From contig JAKFBU010000073.1 in the NCBI GenBank assembly GCA_036676985.1, positions 96,001-160,000 of the forward strand: a stretch of DNA of 64,000 nt, written 5' to 3'. Below are positions 49,079 through 59,299 of the stretch, one piece after another; within the stretch, counting starts at the first letter, position 1, and every line of letters starts with the position of its first letter. The position numbers and the translations under genes are program-made. The DNA is from Candidatus Sericytochromatia bacterium. GTDB taxonomy: Bacteria > Cyanobacteriota > Sericytochromatia > S15B-MN24 > UBA4093. Under the pieces are notes generated by a model. It searched no databases. It was not told the DNA's origin and saw nothing but the letters and a program-made list of their open reading frames with translations.

Positions 49079-50704
49079 TTGCTGAAACTCTCGTTCGGAC
49101 GTTACCGCCAGATGCTCCGGGTCCTGGCGAAGTACGGCATGGCCGACCTCCTGGAGGAGCGCGGCAGCCGGCTCGTGCCCAAGGGCGTGGAGCGGCCGCA
49201 TCCGGACGCCCTGCCCGAGGAGACGCGGGCCCTCAACCTGCGCCTGGCCCTTCAGGAGCTGGGGCCGACCTTCATCAAGTTCGGGCAGGTGCTCTCCACG
49301 CGTCCGGACATCCTGCCGCCCGCCTACATCCGCGAGCTGGTGAAGCTGCAGGACAAGGTCCCCCCGTTCGGCTTCGACGCGGCCAAGGTCATCCTCGAGA
49401 CCGAGCTGGATCGGCCCGTCCACGAGGTCTTCGCCATCATCTACGAGACGCCCCTCGCCTCGGCCTCGCTCTCGCAGGTCCACGAGGCCCTCCTGCCCTC
49501 CGGCGAGCAGGTGATCGTCAAGATCCAGCGCCCCGAGGCCCGGGCCATCATCCGGCGCGACATCCCGATCCTGCGCACCTTCGCCCAGGTGCTCTGCTCG
49601 CGCTTCGAGTGGGGCCGGCTCTACGACGTGGCGGGCATCGTCGAGGAGCTGGAGCGATCGCTCAAGGCCGAGCTCGATTTCGTGCAGGAGCGCGAGAACA
49701 TGCAGGTGATGGCGTGCCACCTGGCGGACTTCCCGCGCATCAAGGTCCCCCGGGTCTTTTCCGAGCTCTCGACCGAGCGAGTGCTCACCATGGAGCGGGT
49801 CTTCGGCCAGAAGCCAAACGGCGGGATCGACGACCCGGAGCTTGCCGAGGAGTTCTTGCGCGCCTGCCTCGAGCAGTTCGCGGTGGACGGCTTCTTCCAC
49901 GCGGACCCGCACCCCGGCAACGTGCTCGTCACCAAGGACCGCGACCTCTACCTCCTGGACTGGGGCATGGTGGGCTACGTGGACAGCCGGAGCCGCCGGG
50001 GCTTCACCAAGATCCTGCTCTCGATGGTGGGCGGCCAGGGCGACATGACCGCCGAGCTCTTCCTCGAGATGAGCGAGCCCGGGCGCGACTTCCGCTTCCA
50101 CGACTACCGGCTCGACATCGGTCGCCTGGTGGCGCGCTTCAACAACAGCGGCTTCGAGATCGGCGAGGCCCTCATGGAGCTCGTCCGGATCGGCAACAAG
50201 CACAACCTGCGGGCCCAGCCCCAGCTCACCCTGATGTTCAAGGCCTTGTCCCAGATTGACGGGATCGTGGCCGCGATCGCTCCATGCGTGGACCCCCTGG
50301 AGCTCATGCAGCCCTACCTGCCCCAGATCCTCGCGCGTCAGACCGGCCAGCTCTACGCCCCCATGAACGCCCTCAACTCGACCATGGAGGCCGCCGAGAC
50401 GGCCATGGAGCTGCCCCGTCGGCTCAACACCATCCTCGACCGGCTGAGCTCGGACAACCGGATCCGGATCCAGTTCGAGCACATCGGGCTCGCGGACTCC
50501 CTGCAGCCCATCGGGCGTTATGTCAACCGACTGGCGCTGGCGGCCATGTTCCTGGGGCTCTCCATGTCCTCGGCCATCATCCTCGCGACCAAGGTCGGGC
50601 CCGCATGGTACGGCTTCTCCCTCCTGGGCCTCCTGGGATTCCTGGCGGCCTTCGTCCTGGGCGTCTACCTGACCTTCACCATCCTGCGCACCAAGCTCTA
50701 CTGA
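49079..50704 (+). CDS. ABC1/UbiB (AarF) atypical kinase
   Basis: LGPTFIKFGQVLSTRPD, ASASLSQVH, KIQRP, FFHADPHPGN, LDWGMVG. Confidence 0.93.
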   Translation: MLKLSFGRYRQMLRVLAKYGMADLLEERGSRLVPKGVERPHPDALPEETRALNLRLALQELGPTFIKFGQVLSTRPDILPPAYIRELVKLQDKVPPFGFDAAKVILETELDRPVHEVFAIIYETPLASASLSQVHEALLPSGEQVIVKIQRPEARAIIRRDIPILRTFAQVLCSRFEWGRLYDVAGIVEELERSLKAELDFVQERENMQVMACHLADFPRIKVPRVFSELSTERVLTMERVFGQKPNGGIDDPELAEEFLRACLEQFAVDGFFHADPHPGNVLVTKDRDLYLLDWGMVGYVDSRSRRGFTKILLSMVGGQGDMTAELFLEMSEPGRDFRFHDYRLDIGRLVARFNNSGFEIGEALMELVRIGNKHNLRAQPQLTLMFKALSQIDGIVAAIAPCVDPLELMQPYLPQILARQTGQLYAPMNALNSTMEAAETAMELPRRLNTILDRLSSDNRIRIQFEHIGLADSLQPIGRYVNRLALAAMFLGLSMSSAIILATKVGPAWYGFSLLGLLGFLAAFVLGVYLTFTILRTKLY

Positions 50705-51381
50705 CGCACGACGTCGCGCGCCACCGCCCGGTAGTCATGGGCCGATTGGCGCCCGTAGGACCAGTCCGCCGGGTAGTAGGCCGGGCGACCGAGAGAATGA
50801 GCGAAGGCATTGAGAGCGGGCAGGTGATCCTCGGCCTGGGCGTAGGTCAGGCCCATGGCGAACATCTCCTGGGCGGCATCGCGGGCGCTCCAGCCCTGCG
50901 TGAGGCGGAGCATGGCCGCGAGCACGCCCGTGCGCCCGATGCCGCCCGCGCAGTGCCAGAGGGCCACCTCGCCCCGGTCCTGGGCCGTCCGGACGAAGCG
51001 GAAGAAGCGCGCGACCTGCTCGGGAGTGGGCGCCGCGCCGTCCGTGATGGGCATGTGCTCGTAGCGCATGCCGCAGGCCCGGGCCGCCGCCCTATCCTCG
51101 GCCGACTCCGAGCGCAGGTTCATGACGGCCGCGACCCGGTACTTGCGCTTCAGGGCCAGGTAGACCCTTTCCACCGCCGCTTGATCGGACGGAGCGTCGT
51201 CCGCGAGCTTCCGGCCGTCCACGATGACCGCCCCCGAGCGCAACAGCACCCCGGGCACCACCCATGCGAGCCGGTAGACGACCCGGGAGTCGCCGGGGAT
51301 GGGCTGCGAGTACGGGGGGGCCGCCAACAGCGGGGTCTGCAGGAGCAGGCTCAGCACCAGGAACAGCGACAGGATGCGCAA
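50698..51381 (-). CDS. Secreted Cys-dependent (PTP/dual-specificity) phosphatase
   Basis: Signal peptide; HCAGGIGRTG CX5R motif; PITDGAAP general-acid loop. Confidence 0.85.
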   Translation of the reverse strand: MRILSLFLVLSLLLQTPLLAAPPYSQPIPGDSRVVYRLAWVVPGVLLRSGAVIVDGRKLADDAPSDQAAVERVYLALKRKYRVAAVMNLRSESAEDRAAARACGMRYEHMPITDGAAPTPEQVARFFRFVRTAQDRGEVALWHCAGGIGRTGVLAAMLRLTQGWSARDAAQEMFAMGLTYAQAEDHLPALNAFAHSLGRPAYYPADWSYGRQSAHDYRAVARDVVRQ

Positions 51382-51390
51382 AACGTCCTC

Positions 51391-52191
51391 CTAACGGCTC
51401 AAGGCGTCCAATCCGGCTGGCAAGGGTTCGCCCTTGAGCCAGGCGCGCACGGTGCCCGTGAAGCGATCGGGGTCCTCCAGGCTCCAGCCATGCCCGAGCC
51501 CCCGGGCCACCGCCCCCTGCGCGTTCGGCAACGCCCGGACCAGATCCTCGGCCGACCGGCGGATGACCTCCCGCTCGTGCTCGCCGACGACGACGAGCGT
51601 GGGCACGGGCGATCGCCCGATCCCCTCGGGCAGGCCAAAGCGCATGTTCTCCTCGAACACCACCCGGCGCAGGAGGCCCACCGTCAGGCGGCGGGTGTCG
51701 GCCGCGAACTCGGTGCGGAACTCCTCGGGCACCCCCTGGGCGCGCATGTTCGCCCGCACCAGGAAAGCCATGTTCCGAACGGGCATGTAGGCCCGCAGGG
51801 CGAGCTCGGTCAGGAGGCGGGACGCCCCTCCGCTCAGCCCGGGGACGGGGCGCACGAGGGTGCCCGAGAGGATCGCCCGCCCCACGCGCTCGGGATGGCG
51901 CACGAGGAGCTCGGCCGCGATCTGGGCGCCCAGGGAGTGACCCACGACATGGGCCCGGCTGTAATGGGCATGCTGCTCGATGAGCCGCGCGAGCTGCTCC
52001 GCGGTTTTGGCGATCGAGAAGGGGCGCTCCCGGAGGCTCTTGCCATGCTCGGGCAGGTCCGGCACCAGGTGGTGATAGTCGTCCATGCGGTCGATCTGCG
52101 GACGCCAGACCCACCCGCTCACACCGCCGCCGTGCAGCCACAGGATCGTCTCCCGGGCCCCGGTGTGCCATTCCTCGTAGAAAAGCGCCAT
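51391..52191 (-). CDS. Alpha/beta fold hydrolase
   Basis: LHGGG, PDLPEHGKS, GHSLG nucleophile elbow. Confidence 0.9.
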   Translation of the reverse strand: MALFYEEWHTGARETILWLHGGGVSGWVWRPQIDRMDDYHHLVPDLPEHGKSLRERPFSIAKTAEQLARLIEQHAHYSRAHVVGHSLGAQIAAELLVRHPERVGRAILSGTLVRPVPGLSGGASRLLTELALRAYMPVRNMAFLVRANMRAQGVPEEFRTEFAADTRRLTVGLLRRVVFEENMRFGLPEGIGRSPVPTLVVVGEHEREVIRRSAEDLVRALPNAQGAVARGLGHGWSLEDPDRFTGTVRAWLKGEPLPAGLDALSR

Positions 52192-52262
52192 GCCCCTCTC
52201 CTGCCTACCTCACCTTCGCCAGTATGCCAGAAAATGGTCCCCACCGTCGGCCCCGCGGCCGA

Positions 52263-53621
52263 TTACCCGACCAACAGAGGCTCTTCGGCATAGCGTAGCG
52301 TCGTCTTGCGGCGGGTCGTGAAGATGGCGAGCAGCACCGACAGCACGCCTACCCGGCCGATGATCATGCCCACGACCAAAACGACCTTGCTCACAGGTGA
52401 CAGCTCGGCGGTGATGCCCATCGAGAGGCCGACGTTCGCAAAGGCCGACACCGTCTCGAAGACGATGGCGAGGAAGGCGTGCGGCTCGATGGTCGTGAGG
52501 AAGCCCGTGATGAGCACGATCGCGGCCGTCGTGAGGACGAGGACCGTGACGGCCCGAAAGACCAGGCGATGACCGATGCGGCGCCGGAAGTAGTAGAGGT
52601 TGATGTCGTCCTGCCCTCGGAGCGAGGCCAGGATGGCCGCCCACACCACGGCGATGGTCGTCACCTTGACGCCGCTCGCCGTGCTGCCCGGCCCCCCGCC
52701 GACGAACATGAGCAGGATGGTGATCAGCAGGCTCGCCTCGCTCATGGCCCCGACGTCGATGCTGTTGAGGCCGCCCGAGCGCGGCTGGGCCGCCATGAAG
52801 AGCGAGTTGACGAGCTGCAGGTCCCAGGACAGCGGACCAAGCGTCCGGGGATTGAAGGCCTCGCTCACCCAGTAGAGCAAGGTCGCCAGGACCAGCAGCA
52901 CCGCCGTCCAGCTCACGACGATCCCGATGAGCAGGTTCCAGCGGGGGTTCGGCGGCCGCCGCAGGAGGTGGCGGTTGACCAGCTCGCGGTTGACGTTGAA
53001 GCCGAGCCCCGCCACGACCACCAAGAGGGTCAGCACCAGGAGCATGTAGGCATGGGACTGCCAGCGCACGGCCCCTTCAGGAAACAGGGCGAATCCGCCG
53101 TTGGTGAAGGCCGCCACCGACTGGAACAGGGCGACGTAGGCGCCTTGTCGCCAGCCGAACTCGGGGACGGTCACCGGCAGCATCAGGACGAACCCGATGG
53201 CCTGCATGGCCAACGAGAAGCGCACGATGCTCTTCACGAAGCTGACGAGCCCCGACATGCCGGGCTGATCGAGCGCCTCTTGCAGGTTGAGGCGATCGCG
53301 CAGGGCCATGCGCCGGCCGATGGCCACCATGCCGAGGGTGAAGACCGTCATGTAGCCCAGTCCCCCCACCTCCATGAGCGCCATGAGCATGACCTGGCCG
53401 AGGGCCGAGTAGCGCGTGGACGGATCGAGCGTAGCCAGCCCCGTGGTCGTGAGCGCCGAGGCCGCCATGAACAGGTCGTCGTACCACGCATGCGGCCCGC
53501 CCCGGTGCGCGGCCGGCAAGCCGAGCAGGAAGGAGCCCACGAGCGTGAGGACCGTGTAGCCAATGATGACGATCTGAAAGGCGTTCAGGGAGCGCGCCGG
53601 ATGGCCTGGGGCGAGGCTCAT
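52263..53621 (-). CDS. ktrB: Ktr/Trk potassium uptake membrane subunit
   Basis: Four pore motifs (TTTGL, TNGGF, RSGGLN, ANVGLS), GGGPGSTASGVK. Confidence 0.9.
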   Translation of the reverse strand: MSLAPGHPARSLNAFQIVIIGYTVLTLVGSFLLGLPAAHRGGPHAWYDDLFMAASALTTTGLATLDPSTRYSALGQVMLMALMEVGGLGYMTVFTLGMVAIGRRMALRDRLNLQEALDQPGMSGLVSFVKSIVRFSLAMQAIGFVLMLPVTVPEFGWRQGAYVALFQSVAAFTNGGFALFPEGAVRWQSHAYMLLVLTLLVVVAGLGFNVNRELVNRHLLRRPPNPRWNLLIGIVVSWTAVLLVLATLLYWVSEAFNPRTLGPLSWDLQLVNSLFMAAQPRSGGLNSIDVGAMSEASLLITILLMFVGGGPGSTASGVKVTTIAVVWAAILASLRGQDDINLYYFRRRIGHRLVFRAVTVLVLTTAAIVLITGFLTTIEPHAFLAIVFETVSAFANVGLSMGITAELSPVSKVVLVVGMIIGRVGVLSVLLAIFTTRRKTTLRYAEEPLLVG

Positions 53622-53624
53622 GGG

Positions 53625-54287
53625 CTACCGCTGGAGGGCCCGCAGGCGCTCGTTGGTCCCGATCACGGCGAGCAAGTCGCCGGGCTGGATGCGATCGTTT
53701 CGCAAGGGGGCGATGTTCACGCCCCCCTTGCCCTTGATGGCGATCACCGTGACGCCGAAGCGACCACGGATGTCCGCCTCGCCGAGCGACATGCCGTAGA
53801 CCTCGGGCGGGGCGGGCACCTCCGCGATGCTGTACTCGGGATCAAGCTCGATGGCCTCGAGGATGGCCGTTCCTCCCAGGGCGTTCGCCACCCGCTCACC
53901 CATCATCGCCTCGGGGTAGACCACCTGTAGGCTCTCCCCGCCGACCCGCTTCAGCACCTTCCCGTAATTCTCATAGGCGGCCTTGGCCACGATCCGCGGG
54001 ATCCCGAGCTCGATGAGGTTCAGGACCGTCAGGACGCTCGCCTCCAGGTTGGTGCCGATGGCGAGCACCACCGCGTCCATGCCGCGGAGGCCCGCCTCCT
54101 CCAAGGAGCGCATGTCCGTCGAGTCCGCCTGCATGACGTGCGTGGCGATGCCCTCGGCATGGGCCGTGCGGACCTCGTCCTCGCTTGCGTCCATGCCGAG
54201 CACCTCATGGCCCTGGAGGGCCAGCGTGCGGCATACGGCCCGGCCGAAGCGTCCCAAGCCAATCACGGCGAATTGCTTGCGTTGCAT
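53625..54287 (-). CDS. ktrA: Ktr/Trk RCK regulatory subunit
   Basis: AVIGLGRFG, RCK_N and RCK_C domains. Confidence 0.92.
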   Translation of the reverse strand: MQRKQFAVIGLGRFGRAVCRTLALQGHEVLGMDASEDEVRTAHAEGIATHVMQADSTDMRSLEEAGLRGMDAVVLAIGTNLEASVLTVLNLIELGIPRIVAKAAYENYGKVLKRVGGESLQVVYPEAMMGERVANALGGTAILEAIELDPEYSIAEVPAPPEVYGMSLGEADIRGRFGVTVIAIKGKGGVNIAPLRNDRIQPGDLLAVIGTNERLRALQR

Positions 54288-54474
54288 GCGTCCCTCGAAG
54301 TATCTGCTCGCCAGGCCCCAATGGTATCAGACGGCCGACGGGTCGGCGAGTAAGAGACAAGAGCGGCCGCGCATCACAGAAGCTTCACACGAAACCTGGC
54401 AGCAGGGCCACTCGACCAGAAGGCGGGCGGGAATATAAAGGAGCAAGGGTCATGACATCATGCGAAGGGGAACC

Positions 54475-55680
54475 ATGCGGGACGAGGACATGACGCGCGA
54501 GGAACTGCTCGCCGAGCTCGCCGCGACCCGGGCCGAGCTGCACCGGGCGCACGACGAGAGCGCGCGGATCATGCGGCTGGTGCCGGCCGCCATGATCTAC
54601 GTGGATCGCCAGAGCATCGTGCGCTGGGCCAACGCCGAGTATGGCCACCTCCTGAGGCTGCCCCAGGAGCAGGTGGTGGGCAGGTCCATCTACGACGTCC
54701 TGACCACGGTCGAGCGGCCCAGCCCACGCCTCGAGGGCGTCTTCCAGACCGGGCAACCCTTCCTCGCCAAGGGGCTGCTCATCCCGGACGACCAGGATGG
54801 CGTGCGGACCGATCGCTACTACGACGTGACCTACCTGCCCACCAAGGGGCCCGACGACGAGGTGCAGGGCGTCTTCCTCTTCGGCACCGAGGTGACGGAC
54901 CGCGTCCAGGACGAGCACGAGCAGGCCGAGCGCATCGCCCAGCTCCAGGAGCTCGACCGGCTCAAGGGCGACTTCATCAACACCGCCTCCCACGAGCTGC
55001 GCACCCCCCTCACCTCCATCATGGGCTACGCCGAGTTCCTCGAGGACGAGCTGGGCGGCCCCTTGACCCCCGAGCAGTCGGCCTTCGTCCACCAGATCCA
55101 GCTCGGCGTCCGGCGGCTGGGACGCATCGTGGACGACCTCTTGGACTTCGCGCGCATGGAGGCCGGCACCTTCGGACTCGCCAAGGTCGAGGCGGATCTC
55201 GGCCAGCTCATGCGCGACGAAGTCGAGAGCCTCCGCCCCCAGGCCAGCATCGCGGGCGTCGGGCTGGAGTGCGCGGACGACGGCGAACCGAAGGTCATGA
55301 TGGACCCCAAGCGGATCGGCCAGGTGCTCCTGAACCTCCTGGGCAACGCCATCAAGTTCACGCCCTGCGGCGGCAAGGTGCAAGCCCGCCTGCTCGCCGA
55401 GGACGAGTGGGTCCGCATCGAGGTCGTGGACACCGGCATCGGCCTGTCGCCCGAGCACCAGGAGCGGGTCTTCGAGAAGTTCTTCCAGGTGGATCCGAGC
55501 ACCACCCGCACCCACGGCGGGGCGGGGCTGGGGCTTGCGATCGCCCGTGCCCTCGTCGAGGCCCATGGCGGCCAGATCGGCGTCGATAGCCTGCCAGGCG
55601 AGGGCAGCACCTTCTGGTTCCGGCTCCCCGCCCGGCGCGTTCCCACCGCGCCCCCGCCCATGGCGCTGCAGCAGGGCTAG
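54475..55680 (+). CDS. PAS sensor histidine kinase
   Basis: SHELRTPL, NLLGNAIKFT, DTGIGL, GAGLGL. Confidence 0.93.
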   Translation: MRDEDMTREELLAELAATRAELHRAHDESARIMRLVPAAMIYVDRQSIVRWANAEYGHLLRLPQEQVVGRSIYDVLTTVERPSPRLEGVFQTGQPFLAKGLLIPDDQDGVRTDRYYDVTYLPTKGPDDEVQGVFLFGTEVTDRVQDEHEQAERIAQLQELDRLKGDFINTASHELRTPLTSIMGYAEFLEDELGGPLTPEQSAFVHQIQLGVRRLGRIVDDLLDFARMEAGTFGLAKVEADLGQLMRDEVESLRPQASIAGVGLECADDGEPKVMMDPKRIGQVLLNLLGNAIKFTPCGGKVQARLLAEDEWVRIEVVDTGIGLSPEHQERVFEKFFQVDPSTTRTHGGAGLGLAIARALVEAHGGQIGVDSLPGEGSTFWFRLPARRVPTAPPPMALQQG

Positions 55681-56654
55681 AAGGTGTAGCGCACCCCGAG
55701 GCCGCTCAGGCCGTCGCCGCGCGGGTGCCAGTTGGCCACGGCGAAGTCCAACACGTCGTAGTAGACATGGGCCGCGATGGGCTTGGTCATGTCGTAGCCG
55801 CTCGCCTGGTACAGGTAGCCCAGGAGCAGCTCCGCGATGAGCGGCGTGCCCACCTGACGGACATCCGTGCGCCAGCCGGCGTTGCGGTAGTGCAGGAGGC
55901 CCACGAAGACCGACGTGACGCCGAGGCTGCCCCAGGGTCCCATGTGACGCTCCAGCTCGTCCTGGACCAGGCCGCGGAACAGCACCTCCTCGCCCACCCC
56001 GGGCTGCAGGGAGAGAAGGGAGGTCCCGAGCGTGTCCACGGCGTAGCCCACCATGGGGGAGATGGGCTGAGAGCCGAGGGACGTCGCGCGCGCCGCGAGC
56101 ACGGAGGGGACCCGCAGCGTCTCGGGCTCGAAGAGGGCGCGCATGAGCCAGGTCTCGACGAGGCCGAGCCCCACCACCGCCCAGACCCGCCAGTCGCTCC
56201 AGCTCTCCGCCAGAAAGGGGGCTGCCACGAGCTCCTCGGCCGTGCGGACCTTGAGGGGCTGCGGAAAGCCGCGGTTGTCCGTGAGCCGCCGGGCCTCCTG
56301 GTAGCTCGTGTACATCTGCAGCCACCAGAGCTTGACGGCTGTTGTCGCGAAAGCCGACTGCCGGTTCTCGAGGTCGAACAGCCCCATGCGCGGGTCGGGG
56401 GCGTAGTAGCCGCGCAGGTCGGGGGGCAGGATGGGCGGCACGCGCAAGACCGCGAGCGTGGTCGGCACGGCCATGGCCCCGAGGGTGCGCGCGGCCGCCT
56501 CGGGCTGACCGAGCAGCACGTAGCCCATGCCTGGCAAGAGGGCGGCTCCTGCCGCCTGCAGGGGCAGCCAGTTGGGATCGGCGGCCTCCGCGGCCCGCAC
56601 AGGGGCGCTTCCGAGCATGAGCGCCGCCAGCAGCGCGGCCGTCCCGCGTCTCAT
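55677..56654 (-). CDS. CPBP/Abi family intramembrane glutamic protease with signal peptide
   Basis: GEEVLFRG, FxxxH-like (FVGLLH), AHVYYD motifs; start codon uncertain (up to 56732). Confidence 0.75.
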   Translation of the reverse strand: MRRGTAALLAALMLGSAPVRAAEAADPNWLPLQAAGAALLPGMGYVLLGQPEAAARTLGAMAVPTTLAVLRVPPILPPDLRGYYAPDPRMGLFDLENRQSAFATTAVKLWWLQMYTSYQEARRLTDNRGFPQPLKVRTAEELVAAPFLAESWSDWRVWAVVGLGLVETWLMRALFEPETLRVPSVLAARATSLGSQPISPMVGYAVDTLGTSLLSLQPGVGEEVLFRGLVQDELERHMGPWGSLGVTSVFVGLLHYRNAGWRTDVRQVGTPLIAELLLGYLYQASGYDMTKPIAAHVYYDVLDFAVANWHPRGDGLSGLGVRYTF

Positions 56655-56867
56655 TTGCCTGAAACCGAGGCGTGACAAGGCCTGCTCCTCTCCCCTGACA
56701 GCCATCCATTGGCTACTTACCCGCTGGACCATGCTTCATGTCGTTTGGGCGTCTTGCCCCATGGCCATAGGCCATTTCGGAGGGCTGAAATGGCGTAAAG
56801 AAGCCTATTTTAGGGTATAAGACCTACCGCCGTCGCTCCTTCGACGGAAGGCAAGAAAGGACCTCGT

Positions 56868-57794
56868 TTGATTCGTTTTCGGATTTTCGGCCCCCTCGCC
56901 CTCGCCCTGGGGCTCACGTCCCTGGCGGCCGCGCCCTCCACGGCGGGCAACCAGCACTCCTTCGCCCTGCGCGGCCTGGCCCGCAACGTGACCATGCTGA
57001 CGGTGGCCCCGGGCGCCGTCGTGCCCCTCGCGGCCCTGGACCCGGCCACCGGCCGGAGCGTCGCCATCGACTGGACGGCCGCGGACGGCGACCTCGTCCG
57101 CTCCGGCCGCGACACGTCCTGGCGGGCCCCGGCGAAGACCGGCGTCTATCGGCTGGTCGGAGCGGCGCAGGTGGGCGATCGCCGCTACCAAGAGACGTTC
57201 ACGGCCTTCGTGACCGTCCCGGTCGAGCAGGCCAAGAGCGGCTACATCAACGGGTACCGCGTCGGCCGCTACCCGGCCCTGACGGCGGGCGTGAGCCGCG
57301 GCGCCCGCGCGGCGGCCCTCATGCCCGCGGGCTTCATCAAGCTCGACGCCCGCAGCGCCAAGATGCCCGTGAGCCGCTCCTTTACGCTCGGCCAGTTCGC
57401 CGTCAAGGACGGCCCGCGCTCCGAAAAGTTCATGCTGCTCAGCCCGACCTTGATCGAGAAGCTCGAGACCCTCGTCGACGAGCTGAACGCGGCGGGCTAC
57501 CCCGCGGACGGCCTGCGGATCATGAGCGGCTATCGGACGCCCGCCTACAACTCCGGCATCGGCAACAAGACGAGCCTGAGCCGCCACACGTACGGCGACG
57601 CCGCCGACGTGCTCGCGGACGACTGGGACCGGGACGGGCGCATCACCAAGAAGGACGCCCAGATCCTGTACCGGATCGCCGACAAGCTGGATCGCAAGAC
57701 CCACCTGAAGGGCGGACTCTCGCTCTATGCGCCCACCTCCGCCCACAGCTGGTTCGTGCACGTCGACACGCGCGGCAAACTCGCTCGTTGGTAG
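56868..57794 (+). CDS. Secreted peptidase M15 (LAS/D,D-carboxypeptidase-like) protein
   Basis: SGYRTPAYN, SRHTYGDAAD, FVHVDTRG..ARW. Confidence 0.85.
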   Translation: MIRFRIFGPLALALGLTSLAAAPSTAGNQHSFALRGLARNVTMLTVAPGAVVPLAALDPATGRSVAIDWTAADGDLVRSGRDTSWRAPAKTGVYRLVGAAQVGDRRYQETFTAFVTVPVEQAKSGYINGYRVGRYPALTAGVSRGARAAALMPAGFIKLDARSAKMPVSRSFTLGQFAVKDGPRSEKFMLLSPTLIEKLETLVDELNAAGYPADGLRIMSGYRTPAYNSGIGNKTSLSRHTYGDAADVLADDWDRDGRITKKDAQILYRIADKLDRKTHLKGGLSLYAPTSAHSWFVHVDTRGKLARW

Positions 57795-57857
57795 CCCCAA
57801 GACGGCGTTGTATCATAGGGCCATCCGCTCCCCGTTTGGGTGAACAAGGATGGTCCT

Positions 57858-58817
57858 ATGTTCGGATGGATCGCCGGCCTCGCCGTGGCCGGCCTGACCT
57901 TGGCGGCGGCACCGGCCGTCGGTGCCCAGGGGCTTCCGACCATGGTGGGGCAGGAATGGATCTACCAGGTCCGAGCCGAGGACACGCTTAGCCGGATCGC
58001 AGGCCGTCACAACCTGTCTCCCCGCGTGGTCCGGGGCCTGAACGGCCTCAAACCCGGGACCCGGCTGAAGCCGGGCCAGTCCCTCCGGCTGAGCACGCGC
58101 CGGATCGTGCCGCCTGCCGCCAGCGCCGCCATCGTCATCAACATCCCCGACCTGCACCTCTACCACTTCCGGGATGGCCGGCTCGCCGGCTGGTACCCGG
58201 TCGCGCTCGGGCAGCCCTTCGACACCAAGTACGAGCCCGATCCCAAGCGCTGGCAGACGCCCACCGGCAGCTTCAAGATCGCCGAGAAGCGCGAGAATCC
58301 CGTCTGGCGGGTGCCCAAGTCGATCCAGGAAGAGATGGCGGCCGAGGGCAAGACGGTCTACGAGCGCATGCCGCCCGGCCCCGAGAATCCGCTCGGTAAA
58401 TTCTGGATCGGCCTCTCCAAGTGGGGCTACGGCATCCACGGCACGATCGCCCCCTCGAGCGTCGGCCGCTACAAGACGCACGGGTGCGTGCGCATGAAGC
58501 CCGAGCACATCGACCGGGTCTTCGGCGGCGTCCAGGTGGGGCAGGCGGTCCGGATCGTCTACGAGCCCGTCATGGTGCTCACGCGGGGGGACGAAGTCTG
58601 GTTGCAGGTCTCTCCCGACAGCTACCGAAAGGTCTCGGACCTGCGCACCCTTACCCGCCGGAAGCTCCAGAGCGCCGGCCTGACGGGCCGCGTCGACCTC
58701 AAGCGGGTGGACCAGGTGGCCAAGGATCGCTGGGGCATCGCCATCCGGGTGGATCCGCAGGCGCTGCCTCCCCTTCCGCCCGCGACCCCGTCGGCCGCTC
58801 CCCCCGAACGGCTCTAG
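57858..58817 (+). CDS. LysM + L,D-transpeptidase (YkuD)
   Basis: YQVRAEDTLSRIA LysM; TPTG, GPENPLG, YGIHGT...THGCVRM. Confidence 0.92.
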   Translation: MFGWIAGLAVAGLTLAAAPAVGAQGLPTMVGQEWIYQVRAEDTLSRIAGRHNLSPRVVRGLNGLKPGTRLKPGQSLRLSTRRIVPPAASAAIVINIPDLHLYHFRDGRLAGWYPVALGQPFDTKYEPDPKRWQTPTGSFKIAEKRENPVWRVPKSIQEEMAAEGKTVYERMPPGPENPLGKFWIGLSKWGYGIHGTIAPSSVGRYKTHGCVRMKPEHIDRVFGGVQVGQAVRIVYEPVMVLTRGDEVWLQVSPDSYRKVSDLRTLTRRKLQSAGLTGRVDLKRVDQVAKDRWGIAIRVDPQALPPLPPATPSAAPPERL

Positions 58818-58971
58818 CCTGGCGGAGCGGCGCCCCGGCGTACCCGCCCAGACGCCGTCGGGGCTCGCGTTGCGACGGCCCGGGCAACATGCCGGTGACG
58901 TCGACGCAACATGCGCGCAATCTTTCTCCGCCACAATACCTGCTTGTATGCTCATGCAACGAGGTGCCCCC

Positions 58972-59151
58972 ATGGTGGAGGCAAATGCGCCCGTATGCCC
59001 TGATTGCCAGGGACCGCTCCTGGTGGTCTTCCGTGCCGGCTACTTCTGCCGGCACTGCGAGATCGCCATCTCGGTCTCCGACGGGTGGGCCCACATCCTC
59101 GGACCGTCGCTCATGGAGCGCCGTATCCCAGTCCGACCGCCCGCCCCCTGA
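58972..59151 (+). CDS. Small CxxC/CxxC zinc-ribbon protein (59 aa)
   Basis: GAGGTG SD; CPDC and CRHC. Confidence 0.6.
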   Translation: MVEANAPVCPDCQGPLLVVFRAGYFCRHCEIAISVSDGWAHILGPSLMERRIPVRPPAP

Positions 59152-59220
59152 GGATCCGGGCCCCTTGGGACGTTCCGTAAAACCTACGCTCGTATGCTCG
59201 AGCGGCGCTGCGTATCATGT

Positions 59221-59236
59221 TGTGAATGACATCACA
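59221..59236. promoter_or_regulatory. Consensus CRP-family binding site
   Basis: TGTGA-ATGACA-TCACA. Confidence 0.7.
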
Positions 59237-59299
59237 GCACCGTCGTCGTCGGCGCTCTACGATGCAGAGGTTCATCACGAAACGTTACAGGAGGTCGCC

